A DNA stretch of 64,000 bases from a virus. A program made the position numbers and the translations under genes. The notes under the pieces are model-generated. The model saw nothing but the letters and a program-made list of their open reading frames with translations, had not been told where the DNA came from and did not search any database. The stretch covers positions 57,145 through 121,144 of the IMG/VR virus record IMGVR_UViG_3300017917_000733; one strand, given 5' to 3'. Positions within the stretch are counted from its first letter, which is position 1; every line of letters begins with the position of its first letter. This document shows positions 37,455-46,726 of the stretch, in pieces.

Positions 37455-39293
37455 ATGCCTAAGAATTCAGAAAACCTTAACAGACAGCTTTTTGACCTAT
37501 TAAAGGGTAAAGGATACGATCCTATAACCCTAGATACGTCAGGAAAAGAGACTCCAGTACCAGAAGAAGCAGAAGTATTCCAGTTTGATTTCGTCAAAGA
37601 CGGTGAAAATTATGGAAAAGTCACTGTTTCTATTGATGGATTACACAAACTTATCATTTACTTTAGTGACGATGTTGCTAATAGTTCAAAAGCGAACGAC
37701 GGTGAAAAGCCATCAGTTGATGGTAATTCATGGTACTCATTGTTGAGACACTTAAAGAAATTCGCAAAAAATAGACAACTCAGTTTTGAGTTAAAGAATT
37801 CAAACCATTTAAAGCACGATATGGCTAAGAGGGAATATATGAAAAACAAAGAGAAAATCAGTGAAGGATACTACCCAATGGGGAAAAAAGCAAGCTATAG
37901 CGATGCTATACCTAACGTAAAGATGGTGATTCAACACACTCGCCAAATTGAAGAAGGTGAACAACGTTATCGCAACATTGCTAGAATTTTCTTAGAGAAT
38001 GAGCAAGGTGAAAGATTCCTAGCACCTACAACAAAGCCAGGCATTGCACGTGTATATGCTCGCCATATCGCAGAAGGTGGTCAACCACATGACGAGCGTT
38101 GGAATCATATCAACAGCTTGTGCGAAGAATATCAAAAAATGGCAGGGTTCGTTCGTGCTGTTCGCAATGGACAATTCAATGAATCTGCACAACAATTAGT
38201 TAATGAAGGTATCAATCACTACCAGTCATTGCGTGAAACACTAAGCAAGATGACAGGTCATCGTGGTTATAATACTTATTTTGAAAGCTATACACCACCT
38301 TTAATGGAAGATGAAGTAGACACAAGTGCGTTAAACGAATTATTTGTCCAAGAGACATTGGACCCACGCATTGAAAGTGTAATGCCAATATTATCTCGCC
38401 TACACAAAACAGTAGCTGAAATGAAAGAAGTTGGTGCATTAGCAGAATGGGCTGACAGCTTACTTGAAGGCGGCGATGGTGGTGAAGCAAGCGAAGAAAT
38501 CGACGGTGATACACCAGGAGATGCAGGTGAAGGTGGTGCAGAAGACGCACCTGAAGATTCATTATCAGAAGCTACTGATGCATATTCTATTCCTGAAGAT
38601 GATTTGGATGAAGATAGACATTATGAGCGCGGTGAAGAATATGAAGATATGGCTGACCGTGAATTGATGCACCATGCTCGTATGTTAGGTTTAGAAAAGA
38701 ACATAGTACCTGATGACGAAGGTGGTTTAGCTAACCGTCGTGAAATCATATATTTGTTACAACAACAATTAGATGACGAAGATTTAGAAGAAGGTTTAGG
38801 TGATATCGCTAAGAAAGTCGGTGGTGTTGTTAAGAAAGCAGCTGGCAAAGCGTTAGACACATTAGGTCATGGAAGTGATGAAGAATTAATTCGTGACTTA
38901 CAAAAGAAAGCTGGCGTACCACAACATGGCAAACCAAGCATGGCACACTCCGATGTTGAAAAGGTTGACGAAGATGGTCAATTCGCGGGTGACTATAAAA
39001 CTGGTCCAGAAGGTCAGTGGCGCAACAAAGGCCCTAAAGCAAACAAACCTGCTAAAGTGGGTGACTTAGTTGGTGCTAGTGAATCAATTCAGAACACACT
39101 AAATGCTCTAACTGAAATGGACAAGAGCGAAGATGGTAAAGGTCCAGAAGGTAAAGCTGAACCAGTCAAAGCTAAAGACTTTGCTAAAGATGCTGAGAAG
39201 AAGTTAGAGAAGCATATGGACAAGGCTCACAAGAAAGATGTGAAAGAAGGACAGGAAGACCTAAACGCAATCATGCGACTATTGGGTAAATAA
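37455..39293 (+). CDS. Large acidic virion (probable head internal/scaffold-type) protein
   Basis: Late promoter TAAATA-N4-ATG; modular acidic C-terminal half with many (L/I/V)xE sites. Confidence 0.6.
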   Translation: MPKNSENLNRQLFDLLKGKGYDPITLDTSGKETPVPEEAEVFQFDFVKDGENYGKVTVSIDGLHKLIIYFSDDVANSSKANDGEKPSVDGNSWYSLLRHLKKFAKNRQLSFELKNSNHLKHDMAKREYMKNKEKISEGYYPMGKKASYSDAIPNVKMVIQHTRQIEEGEQRYRNIARIFLENEQGERFLAPTTKPGIARVYARHIAEGGQPHDERWNHINSLCEEYQKMAGFVRAVRNGQFNESAQQLVNEGINHYQSLRETLSKMTGHRGYNTYFESYTPPLMEDEVDTSALNELFVQETLDPRIESVMPILSRLHKTVAEMKEVGALAEWADSLLEGGDGGEASEEIDGDTPGDAGEGGAEDAPEDSLSEATDAYSIPEDDLDEDRHYERGEEYEDMADRELMHHARMLGLEKNIVPDDEGGLANRREIIYLLQQQLDDEDLEEGLGDIAKKVGGVVKKAAGKALDTLGHGSDEELIRDLQKKAGVPQHGKPSMAHSDVEKVDEDGQFAGDYKTGPEGQWRNKGPKANKPAKVGDLVGASESIQNTLNALTEMDKSEDGKGPEGKAEPVKAKDFAKDAEKKLEKHMDKAHKKDVKEGQEDLNAIMRLLGK

Positions 39294-39455
39294 GTTCTCA
39301 AAAACCTCACTTAAAACGTGAGGTTTGCCACATCTGGCATAAATACTATTGACATGAGTAGAAAGTATTGCTAAACTATCACTTGTGTTAGTCGCTAATA
39401 GGTAGCGGCGAATATTAAAAACAGAGACCATCTCAATTTTATAAGGAAAAATATT

Positions 39456-40457
39456 ATGGCATCATTAGCAGAGATCCGCGCTCGTATTGCAGCGCAAGAA
39501 AACAAGTCAAACAACAAGGGTTCTAACACCCAATCAGATAACTCAATCTACCCCCACTGGAATATGGATGAAGGCACAACAGCTACAGTGCGTTTCCTAC
39601 CAGACAAAGATCCTAACAATACATTCTTCTGGATCGAACGACAAATCATCAAACTTCCATTCAATGGCGTTAAAGGTGATCCTAACGTAAAGCAAACAGT
39701 CGTACAAGTTCCTTGTATGGAAATGTATGGCGAGGCATGTCCTATTCTTGCAGAAGTTCGTCCTTGGTACAAAGACGAAACACTAAAAGAATTGGCAAAC
39801 AAATATTGGAAGAAGCGTAGTTATCTATTCCAAGGTTTTGTTCGCCAGAACCCAATCGGTGATGACACAACTCCTGCGAATCCTATTCGTCGTTTCATCA
39901 TCAGCCCACAAATCTTCACAATCATCAAATCTAGTTTGATGGATCCTGAAATGGAAGAATTGCCAACTGACTTGTTGCGCGGTCTTGACTTCAACATTAA
40001 GAAGACCAGCAAAGGTGGTTATGCTGATTATTCTACTAGTAACTGGGCACGTAAAGAAAGTGCATTGACCGAAGCCGAACAAGCAGCACTTGAGGCACAT
40101 GGTCTTTTCAATCTTGCTGACTTCTTGCCTAAGAAGCCTACAGAGGCTGAACTAAAAGTAATCAAAGAAATGTTTGAGGCAAGTGTTGATGGTCAACCTT
40201 TCGACAATGAACGTTGGGGCGCATACTATCGTCCTTATGGTCTAGAAGCACCTGCAGGTGCAACCGCGGCACAAACAACAGCGTCTGTTGGAACCAGCGC
40301 ACCCGCAACAGCACCCGTAGCAGAGTCTACACCACCGTTCGATGCCGATGAACCACAACAATCAAGTTCTCCAATCGAAGTTCCTAAATCATCAGGAACA
40401 TCAAGCGACAAAGCACAAGACATTCTAGCAATGATTCGTGCTAGACAACAAAAGTAA
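39456..40457 (+). CDS. Single-stranded DNA-binding protein (T4 gp32-like)
   Basis: VRFLP, CPI, YWKKRSY, DFNIKKTSKGGYADYSTSNW. Confidence 0.88.
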   Translation: MASLAEIRARIAAQENKSNNKGSNTQSDNSIYPHWNMDEGTTATVRFLPDKDPNNTFFWIERQIIKLPFNGVKGDPNVKQTVVQVPCMEMYGEACPILAEVRPWYKDETLKELANKYWKKRSYLFQGFVRQNPIGDDTTPANPIRRFIISPQIFTIIKSSLMDPEMEELPTDLLRGLDFNIKKTSKGGYADYSTSNWARKESALTEAEQAALEAHGLFNLADFLPKKPTEAELKVIKEMFEASVDGQPFDNERWGAYYRPYGLEAPAGATAAQTTASVGTSAPATAPVAESTPPFDADEPQQSSSPIEVPKSSGTSSDKAQDILAMIRARQQK

Positions 40458-40499
40458 ACTAGGATGGGGAGCGTATGCTCCCTTCCTTAGGAGAACAAT

Positions 40500-40745
40500 A
40501 TGACATTACCAGACGAACGCTACCGTGCCCTTAAGCAAGGTAAAAAACTATTGGAAGAACTTTGTGATCCAGGACGCACACCTAGAGTACCTAGTTTGGT
40601 TCGTGATAGAGCAAGAGGTGTATTAAGACATTTTCCTAGTGATTCTGAGTTAGATAGAATCGCTGATACATGTCCAGAATACCTTGACAAACTAACCTTT
40701 AGTGAGCGACAATTCACTAATGGATTACACAAAGTAGGAGAATAA
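40500..40745 (+). CDS. Hypothetical protein
   Basis: RBS AGGAG; MTLPDERYRA...LRHFP. Confidence 0.75.
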   Translation: MTLPDERYRALKQGKKLLEELCDPGRTPRVPSLVRDRARGVLRHFPSDSELDRIADTCPEYLDKLTFSERQFTNGLHKVGE

Positions 40746-40746
40746 A

Positions 40747-40944
40747 ATGGCAAAAGCAACAAAGCTAGATAAACTAGCAAAAGTAAACGACAGTTTTACT
40801 ATCAATCGCTATGACAATGGATTCATGGCTGAAGTTAGCGGTCGTGATAAAAAAGAAGACTGGAAAACAGTTAAAGCTATCTGTAACACAGAAGAAGAAT
40901 TGATTGACCTAATCAAAGAATATAATACAAAGGATGTGGAGTAA
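40747..40944 (+). CDS. Hypothetical protein
   Basis: RBS AGGAG. Confidence 0.7.
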   Translation: MAKATKLDKLAKVNDSFTINRYDNGFMAEVSGRDKKEDWKTVKAICNTEEELIDLIKEYNTKDVE

Positions 40945-40946
40945 AC

Positions 40947-42017
40947 ATGGCAAAACCATTTGACATTAGTAAGTTTCGTAAGGACATTACAAAAGCTATT
41001 GATGGACTAAGCATTGGCTTTAATGATCCTACAGACTGGATCTCCACAGGAAATTATGCTCTCAATTACCTCATTAGTGGTGACTTTAATAAAGGCGTAC
41101 CTCTTGGTAAAGTTACTGTCTTTGCCGGAGAGTCAGGAGCAGGAAAATCATTCATCTGCTCAGGAAACCTCGTTAGACACGCACAACAACAAGGGATCTT
41201 TGTGGTCCTCATTGATACAGAAAATGCGCTAGATGAAGCATGGTTACATGCTCTTGGCGTTTCAACAGACGATGATAAATTGTTGAAGTTGAACATGGCT
41301 ATGATTGATGACGTAGCTAAAACCATTTCAGAATTTATGAAGTCTTACAAAGCAATGCCAGCTGATGACAAGCCAAAAGTTCTTTTCGTGCTTGACAGTC
41401 TTGGTATGCTATTAACACCTACTGACGTTAATCAGTTTGAAGCAGGTGATATGAAAGGTGACATGGGTCGTAAGCCTAAGGCACTTACAGCACTTGTGCG
41501 TAACTGTGTTAACATGTTCGGTAGTCACAACGTTGGTCTAGTTGCTACTAACCACACTTATGCTTCACAAGATATGTTTGACCCTGATGACAAAATTTCA
41601 GGTGGTCAAGGCTTCATCTATGCAAGTTCAATTGTTGTCGCAATGAAGAAATTGAAACTTAAAGAAGACGAAGATGGTAACAAGATTAGTGATGTTCGCG
41701 GTATTCGTGCAAGTTGCAAGATTATGAAAACTCGCTATGCTAAGCCATTCGAAAGTGTTCAAGTTAAGATTCCTTATGAGACAGGCATGAGTCCTTACTC
41801 TGGTCTACTGGACATGATTGAAAAGAATGAACTTGTTAAGAAAGAAGGCAACAGTCTTGTGTACACTACACTTGATGGTGAAATCATTAAGAAGTTCCGC
41901 AAGGCATGGGAAGCAAATACCGACGGATGCTTAGACAAAGTTATGTCCGAGTATGCTGAAAAAACTAAGTCTGAGATAAGTACTGTAACAACCGATGAAG
42001 GAGCGGTTACAGAATGA
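40947..42017 (+). CDS. uvsX: RecA-like recombinase UvsX
   Basis: ISTGNYALN, AGESGAGKS, IDTENA, LDSLG, TNHTY, SGGQG. Confidence 0.93.
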   Translation: MAKPFDISKFRKDITKAIDGLSIGFNDPTDWISTGNYALNYLISGDFNKGVPLGKVTVFAGESGAGKSFICSGNLVRHAQQQGIFVVLIDTENALDEAWLHALGVSTDDDKLLKLNMAMIDDVAKTISEFMKSYKAMPADDKPKVLFVLDSLGMLLTPTDVNQFEAGDMKGDMGRKPKALTALVRNCVNMFGSHNVGLVATNHTYASQDMFDPDDKISGGQGFIYASSIVVAMKKLKLKEDEDGNKISDVRGIRASCKIMKTRYAKPFESVQVKIPYETGMSPYSGLLDMIEKNELVKKEGNSLVYTTLDGEIIKKFRKAWEANTDGCLDKVMSEYAEKTKSEISTVTTDEGAVTE

Positions 42018-42271
42018 GTTTAGATTTTGCAAGTGAAGTGTGGGAAGTATTACGTTCCCATATAGATTTCAATGAACGAACAGATGCGGCAGATTCGCTA
42101 GTTAATTTTTTGATTGACAACAACTATGAGGCTGAAGATATTAAAAATGCCTTTAGGGGTGAGAAAGAAATTATTAACTCTGTAAAAGAATATCTGTTAC
42201 AACATGAGGATGAACTAGAGTATGAGGATGACGATTATGATAGTGACTCCGATGACGATGATTGGAATTAA
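42014..42271 (+). CDS. Hypothetical acidic protein
   Basis: ATGA overlap. Confidence 0.7.
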   Translation: MSLDFASEVWEVLRSHIDFNERTDAADSLVNFLIDNNYEAEDIKNAFRGEKEIINSVKEYLLQHEDELEYEDDDYDSDSDDDDWN

Positions 42272-42730
42272 ATGAATTGGTACACACGCATAACCCAAAA
42301 CTTAGGCGTGATACCCGACTTCATTCTTCACTATGAGAATGAACTTCTTAGTGCTAAGAGTGAAGTCAAAATTTATGGCAATGTTGAAAAGAACATTGCC
42401 AATTTACCCGGTATCACTGAACACCGTTTTAATCAATTGCAAGAGATAGAGGCTGTATTACAGTACCTCAATATTCAATTACGGAAAATTCGCCGAAAAC
42501 ATTTTCAAAAATATTTAGAAGCGTATAATAGAGCATTGACTAGTCGTGATGCCGAGAAGTATGTTGATGGTGAAGACGAAGTTATTGACTTTGAAGTTTT
42601 GGTCAATGAAGTCGCATTATTACGCAACAAATGGCTAGGTGTTATGAAGGGCCTTGAAGCAAAGCAGTGGCAGCTAGGGCATATATGCCGTCTGAGGACA
42701 GCTGGTATGGAAGATATTACGATTGGTTAA
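42272..42730 (+). CDS. uvsY: Recombination mediator UvsY-like protein
   Basis: Helical, ~150 aa, downstream of uvsX; KYVDGE...KQWQL...LRTAG C-terminus. Confidence 0.7.
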   Translation: MNWYTRITQNLGVIPDFILHYENELLSAKSEVKIYGNVEKNIANLPGITEHRFNQLQEIEAVLQYLNIQLRKIRRKHFQKYLEAYNRALTSRDAEKYVDGEDEVIDFEVLVNEVALLRNKWLGVMKGLEAKQWQLGHICRLRTAGMEDITIG

Positions 42731-43361
42731 ATTTACATTTATCCCCGTGGTATCTTGAGTAATTAGGTTTGTCAATAGTTTTATTACAATGAGGGCATGT
42801 TAATCTTTGCCGATTGGCATGCTTTTCTTTCATTAATTGTATAGATTCAGGGGTATGACTTTTTCCAGTAAATGATTGATGCCCTGTATGAATTCCTTTG
42901 TTCCAGGCAACTTGCCCTTTAGTAGATGTTTTTATACCCGATAAACCTTTATTCCAAGTTGATCTACCTTTCCTGTCCCTTGACATTTTTAACTTAGCCG
43001 CATCAGAATGAGTTTTACCAAACATAGGATTGCATTCTCCTACTTGTTTTGATTTTCTAAGTTTTTCTTTTTCTGTTTTAGCTGGATTTAAATCACCAGA
43101 AGCAAACCCAATTGAATTATTATTGAAATTCATACACAAGGGTTTCCCTACATGTTCTGTCAGTAAAGATTTTTCAGCTTTTAGCAACTCATCAGTAGAT
43201 TCATGGTATGACAAAATTTCTTTGGATAATTCCTGTTTGTCTTTAATACTACGAGGCCATTTTCCTGAACCCATGTATCCATCATCTAAATTTTTGGTAC
43301 TATGTCGCCCAATATAATATCGCCCATTAGTGTGTACAAGTTTATAAATGTAGTGTATCAT
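42717..43361 (-). CDS. Free-standing GIY-YIG (Seg-like) homing endonuclease with NUMOD3 repeats
   Basis: YIYKL...YYIGRHS...YMGSG; NPMFGKTHS; WNKG repeats; CPHC; start ATG 43361 after TAAATA-N5. Confidence 0.85.
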   Translation of the reverse strand: MIHYIYKLVHTNGRYYIGRHSTKNLDDGYMGSGKWPRSIKDKQELSKEILSYHESTDELLKAEKSLLTEHVGKPLCMNFNNNSIGFASGDLNPAKTEKEKLRKSKQVGECNPMFGKTHSDAAKLKMSRDRKGRSTWNKGLSGIKTSTKGQVAWNKGIHTGHQSFTGKSHTPESIQLMKEKHANRQRLTCPHCNKTIDKPNYSRYHGDKCKFNQS

Positions 43362-43398
43362 AAAATTATTTATCATTGAACAGCAGGATTGGAGCATT

Positions 43399-44241
43399 AT
43401 GGCTAATTACACTAGCTCAAATATGGCAGCACAGGGTCTCTTTGCAGGTCAAACAGGTACAGGTCCTAGTAATACAGTATCAGGTGCGGCCGCGCAAAGT
43501 GTACAAACAGTTAATCTTAGCGGATTAACTGCACTTAGTGGCCCGTCAACAATAACATTGTCAAACATAGATGACTTAATGTGGAGTAACACACATGTTA
43601 AGAAATATCAAGTACTTGAAATCGAACAAGATTTGTTGGCACTAAGTTGTGCTTGGAAAAGATTGCGTGATGAACATAACAATGGTGGTACATACTCAGG
43701 TATCAGTAAATTAGTTGATAAAGAATTATTTGAAAAAGTTACTGATGTTGACCATACTATGGCAGCAGAAATCCGAGATTTCTACAGCAAGAAAATTGTC
43801 ATGTGGAAATTGAAGGGACAAAAACTTAGCAACTTCCGTGAAGATATGAATTCATTTATTCATTCTAACGGTAAAGTTTTTAAAGAAGATGTGTGCCCAT
43901 TAGTGTATCGCTTACCTGAGTTCTATGAATACGATTTGGCATTTCAAAAAATGTCCGATGAACATAGTAAAGTTATCACCGAATCAATTAAAGGTAAGAC
44001 ACAAAAGGTTCTTAAACTTGCAAAGAAACTTGCAGTCAATCGCAAGCATTCTAAGATAATGGAATATTGGTTCGCTGACGAGAACAACAATTTAGTTAAA
44101 CTTGGCTTTGCACAAGACAACACATTGCTGTCATTGTTGGACAAGTGTGCGTACCAGGATATCACGATCAGTGGCTACTACACTAAACGCATTAGGGATA
44201 ATGTTGAATACTGGATCGCCGACAAAATTAAGTTCGTTTGA
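43399..44241 (+). CDS. Hypothetical protein
   Basis: RBS GGAG; 280-aa ORF. Confidence 0.75.
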   Translation: MANYTSSNMAAQGLFAGQTGTGPSNTVSGAAAQSVQTVNLSGLTALSGPSTITLSNIDDLMWSNTHVKKYQVLEIEQDLLALSCAWKRLRDEHNNGGTYSGISKLVDKELFEKVTDVDHTMAAEIRDFYSKKIVMWKLKGQKLSNFREDMNSFIHSNGKVFKEDVCPLVYRLPEFYEYDLAFQKMSDEHSKVITESIKGKTQKVLKLAKKLAVNRKHSKIMEYWFADENNNLVKLGFAQDNTLLSLLDKCAYQDITISGYYTKRIRDNVEYWIADKIKFV

Positions 44242-44295
44242 TATTTAATCCTTTTTGTTGTATACTGTAATCACAGTAGACGAAAGGAGTAGCAA

Positions 44296-44496
44296 ATGGC
44301 AATGATTCAACGTCCCGTAGGTTATCGTGTTGACCTGATTGAATATGAGCGTGGTTGGGGTAGCAAGATTGACGAAACGTTGTATTTTGACAACGAGGAA
44401 GAAGCCCGCGAATATGTCAAAAACTTCAATGCTCGGAACACTGCAACGACCGTCCCCGACTGGTACATGGTAGCAGATTATCGCGGTAGAATCTAA
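44296..44496 (+). CDS. Hypothetical early protein
   Basis: RBS AAGGAG; sigma70-like promoter at ~44238. Confidence 0.75.
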   Translation: MAMIQRPVGYRVDLIEYERGWGSKIDETLYFDNEEEAREYVKNFNARNTATTVPDWYMVADYRGRI

Positions 44497-44549
44497 GTAC
44501 TACAAACCCAAACTTGACTAATAATCAGTTTGGGTTTATACTTGAGGCT

Positions 44550-45071
44550 ATGAAAACGGTAGTTGAACACCTCAAAGACAGACACCTCAATCTTGAGTTG
44601 CATCGTCCCATGGTTGATGAGGTTGAGCGTGTCGCTACATTCTTCCTTTACAATCTGTCAGGTTGTCTAGTTGGATATCAACAATACCGACCCGAGGGCG
44701 AAAAGAAGCCACAGAACAATCCCAAGCAAGGCAAGTATTTCACATACCGAAAGCAACCTACCCTCGCAGTCTGGGGAGTAGAAAGTTTACATTTATCACC
44801 TAATGTTGTTTTTCTGACTGAAGGTGTTTTCGATGCCTGCAGGCTCACTGAGCGTGGATACAGTGCCCTTGCTGTTCTAAGTAACAACACGGGATCAGAC
44901 CTGAAAAACTTTTTATTCATGTTGAATAGAAAAGTAGTAGCCGTTTGTGATAACGATGATGCTGGTCGCAAACTTGCCAAGTTCGGTGATGTTGCTGTGT
45001 TCTGTGAGGATCACGACCTGGGGGACAGTACAGAAGAATTTGTGAATACTTTGTTACTCAAGTACGCATAA
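44550..45071 (+). CDS. Toprim-domain (primase-like) protein
   Basis: LTEGVFDA and VCDND motifs; start ATG 44550, 7 nt after TATACT. Confidence 0.75.
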   Translation: MKTVVEHLKDRHLNLELHRPMVDEVERVATFFLYNLSGCLVGYQQYRPEGEKKPQNNPKQGKYFTYRKQPTLAVWGVESLHLSPNVVFLTEGVFDACRLTERGYSALAVLSNNTGSDLKNFLFMLNRKVVAVCDNDDAGRKLAKFGDVAVFCEDHDLGDSTEEFVNTLLLKYA

Positions 45072-45379
45072 TGTCTAAAAAGCACGACCTCACTGCTATC
45101 ATTTACGACAAGAAGGGCCGCGTCCTTAGCATTGGACAGAATAGTTATGTAAAGACACATCCTGTACAGAAAAAGTATGCAAAAAAGGCAGGGCTACCGA
45201 ATAAGGAGTTCCTTCATGCTGAGGTGTCTGCTATCGTTAAATGTAAAGACCTGAATAAGGCCCACAAGATTTCTATTTTCCGTTTCAATACTGATGGAAG
45301 TCCTGCATTGGCCAGGCCCTGCCCTGTCTGCATGAGTGCAATCGAAGCCGTAGGAATTAAAACTATAGTTCACACCTGA
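45071..45379 (+). CDS. Cytidine/dCMP deaminase-like zinc protein
   Basis: LHAE...ARPCPVC. Confidence 0.8.
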   Translation: MSKKHDLTAIIYDKKGRVLSIGQNSYVKTHPVQKKYAKKAGLPNKEFLHAEVSAIVKCKDLNKAHKISIFRFNTDGSPALARPCPVCMSAIEAVGIKTIVHT

Positions 45380-45383
45380 GGAT

Positions 45384-45443
45384 TTGACAATAAATGGTTT
45401 TGGGCATACAATACATGTATTGATTGATTAAAGGAGCTTGCAA
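45384..45443 (+). promoter_or_regulatory. Repeated early promoter/RBS cassette type A (copy 2)
   Basis: Near-identical to 18925-18983. Confidence 0.85.
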
Positions 45444-45758
45444 ATGGATCAGTTGACTAAAGACATTCAAGAAGTTTTCGGTACTAAGCCCGACTATGCT
45501 ATGTTTACCGAATTCGGCAACGATGCCGTTGACGCTATCGTGCGTAGTGCTAAAGTACTCAAAATGGATTGGCCTGCTGTTTATGCTGAACTGGTGAGTT
45601 TGGCTGAGCGTTTTCCTGAAGACTTCGGCGAAGCTACTGACACCGCTGTCCGTGAGGTCGTTTATAGCAAACTGGGCTTTGACACTCCCTTTTTATATTT
45701 GACAATAAATCCAAAACCTGATACAATACTTGTATTGACACTGAAACACAGGAACTAA
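45444..45758 (+). CDS. Hypothetical early protein (3' end possibly frameshifted; expected stop ~45702)
   Basis: RBS AAGGAG; ORF reads through a promoter cassette. Confidence 0.65.
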   Translation: MDQLTKDIQEVFGTKPDYAMFTEFGNDAVDAIVRSAKVLKMDWPAVYAELVSLAERFPEDFGEATDTAVREVVYSKLGFDTPFLYLTINPKPDTILVLTLKHRN

Positions 45759-45759
45759 A
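45699..45759 (+). promoter_or_regulatory. Repeated early promoter cassette type B (copy 2)
   Basis: Near-identical to 19432-19479. Confidence 0.8.
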
Positions 45760-45870
45760 ATGCTTGGCTATTATGATTATGACATTCACGATGTGGTAAA
45801 TGCTGTCTGTATGACCGGCATTTTACTTACATTGATTGTTCTCCCTTTTGTTTTTACTTTTGGAGTATAA
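45760..45870 (+). CDS. Small membrane protein (36 aa)
   Basis: RBS AGGA; MLGYYDYDIHDVVNAVCMTGILLTLIVLPFVFTFGV. Confidence 0.5.
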   Translation: MLGYYDYDIHDVVNAVCMTGILLTLIVLPFVFTFGV

Positions 45871-45871
45871 A

Positions 45872-46132
45872 ATGAACACACGAATCCAAGAACTATTTGT
45901 TAGGGCATACGGTTATGTCCCTCTCCCCATTGAAGACCATATTTCATCGGAAATGAAAAAATTTGCCGAGTTGATGGTCGTTGAATTCACCGAAACCGTG
46001 AAACAAACTGCCAACGGACTTGCTGAATCTGGATTCCGTCAAGGTCAATCAGAGGAAGAAGTTATGAAAAGTGTCAACGGTGCTTTGGCTGTGCTCAAAG
46101 GAATTGTTGCTAAGTTCGGAGTTGAAGAATGA
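45872..46132 (+). CDS. Hypothetical protein (MNxRIxEL...KFAEL family)
   Basis: RBS GGAG; paralogous to the next ORF. Confidence 0.7.
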   Translation: MNTRIQELFVRAYGYVPLPIEDHISSEMKKFAELMVVEFTETVKQTANGLAESGFRQGQSEEEVMKSVNGALAVLKGIVAKFGVEE

Positions 46133-46389
46133 ACGAACGAATTGAAGAACTTGCCAAGCAATGTTATGTTAAAACCGGTAGCCCACATACTGACCATTTT
46201 GAATATTGGAAATTTGCCGAATTGATTGTCAGGGAATGTGTAGAGATTGCTTACGAATATGATGCTCCGAAAATGTCTGGTCCTGGTATGATTATTGGTA
46301 ACAGAATTGAAGCACACTTCGGAGTTGGTATGTCCGTAGAAGATAAAAAGACCCTAATTAAAGAGTTATTGGGTGTGAAGAATGATTGA
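46129..46389 (+). CDS. Hypothetical protein (MNxRIxEL...KFAEL family)
   Basis: MNERIEELA...KFAELIVREC...HFGV. Confidence 0.7.
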   Translation: MNERIEELAKQCYVKTGSPHTDHFEYWKFAELIVRECVEIAYEYDAPKMSGPGMIIGNRIEAHFGVGMSVEDKKTLIKELLGVKND

Positions 46390-46711
46390 CTATCACGAAG
46401 CCGTGAAGCAAATGCACCTAGGCAATGTAGTTAAATACATTGGGACCGTAAATGGCAATGTAATGACCACTAAAGGTCGCTCTTATTGTATGTGTCGTGG
46501 TATTATATTTGAATACCGTGATGGCAATGCGGCTTATAGGTCCGAAGGTAAGATTGTATATGACCCAGACTTTCGGTATGAATTGACAGGTGAAACGGTA
46601 GATACAAGGTATTGGCCAACTAAGCCAAAGATTCCTAAAACTCCAAGAGTTTTAGACAAAGAAACGGTTAGCAAGTTAAGTTATAGCAGGGTTGGATTAG
46701 GGAATGTTTAG
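46382..46711 (+). CDS. Hypothetical protein; only TAG-terminated gene called in the window
   Basis: ORF ends GTT TAG. Confidence 0.7.
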   Translation: MIDYHEAVKQMHLGNVVKYIGTVNGNVMTTKGRSYCMCRGIIFEYRDGNAAYRSEGKIVYDPDFRYELTGETVDTRYWPTKPKIPKTPRVLDKETVSKLSYSRVGLGNV

Positions 46712-46726
46712 CATAAATAGTATACT

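Noticed and set aside
25204-42017. Introns or inteins in thyA, terminase or uvsX
   Set aside because: All are uninterrupted, of ordinary length, and lack intein motifs
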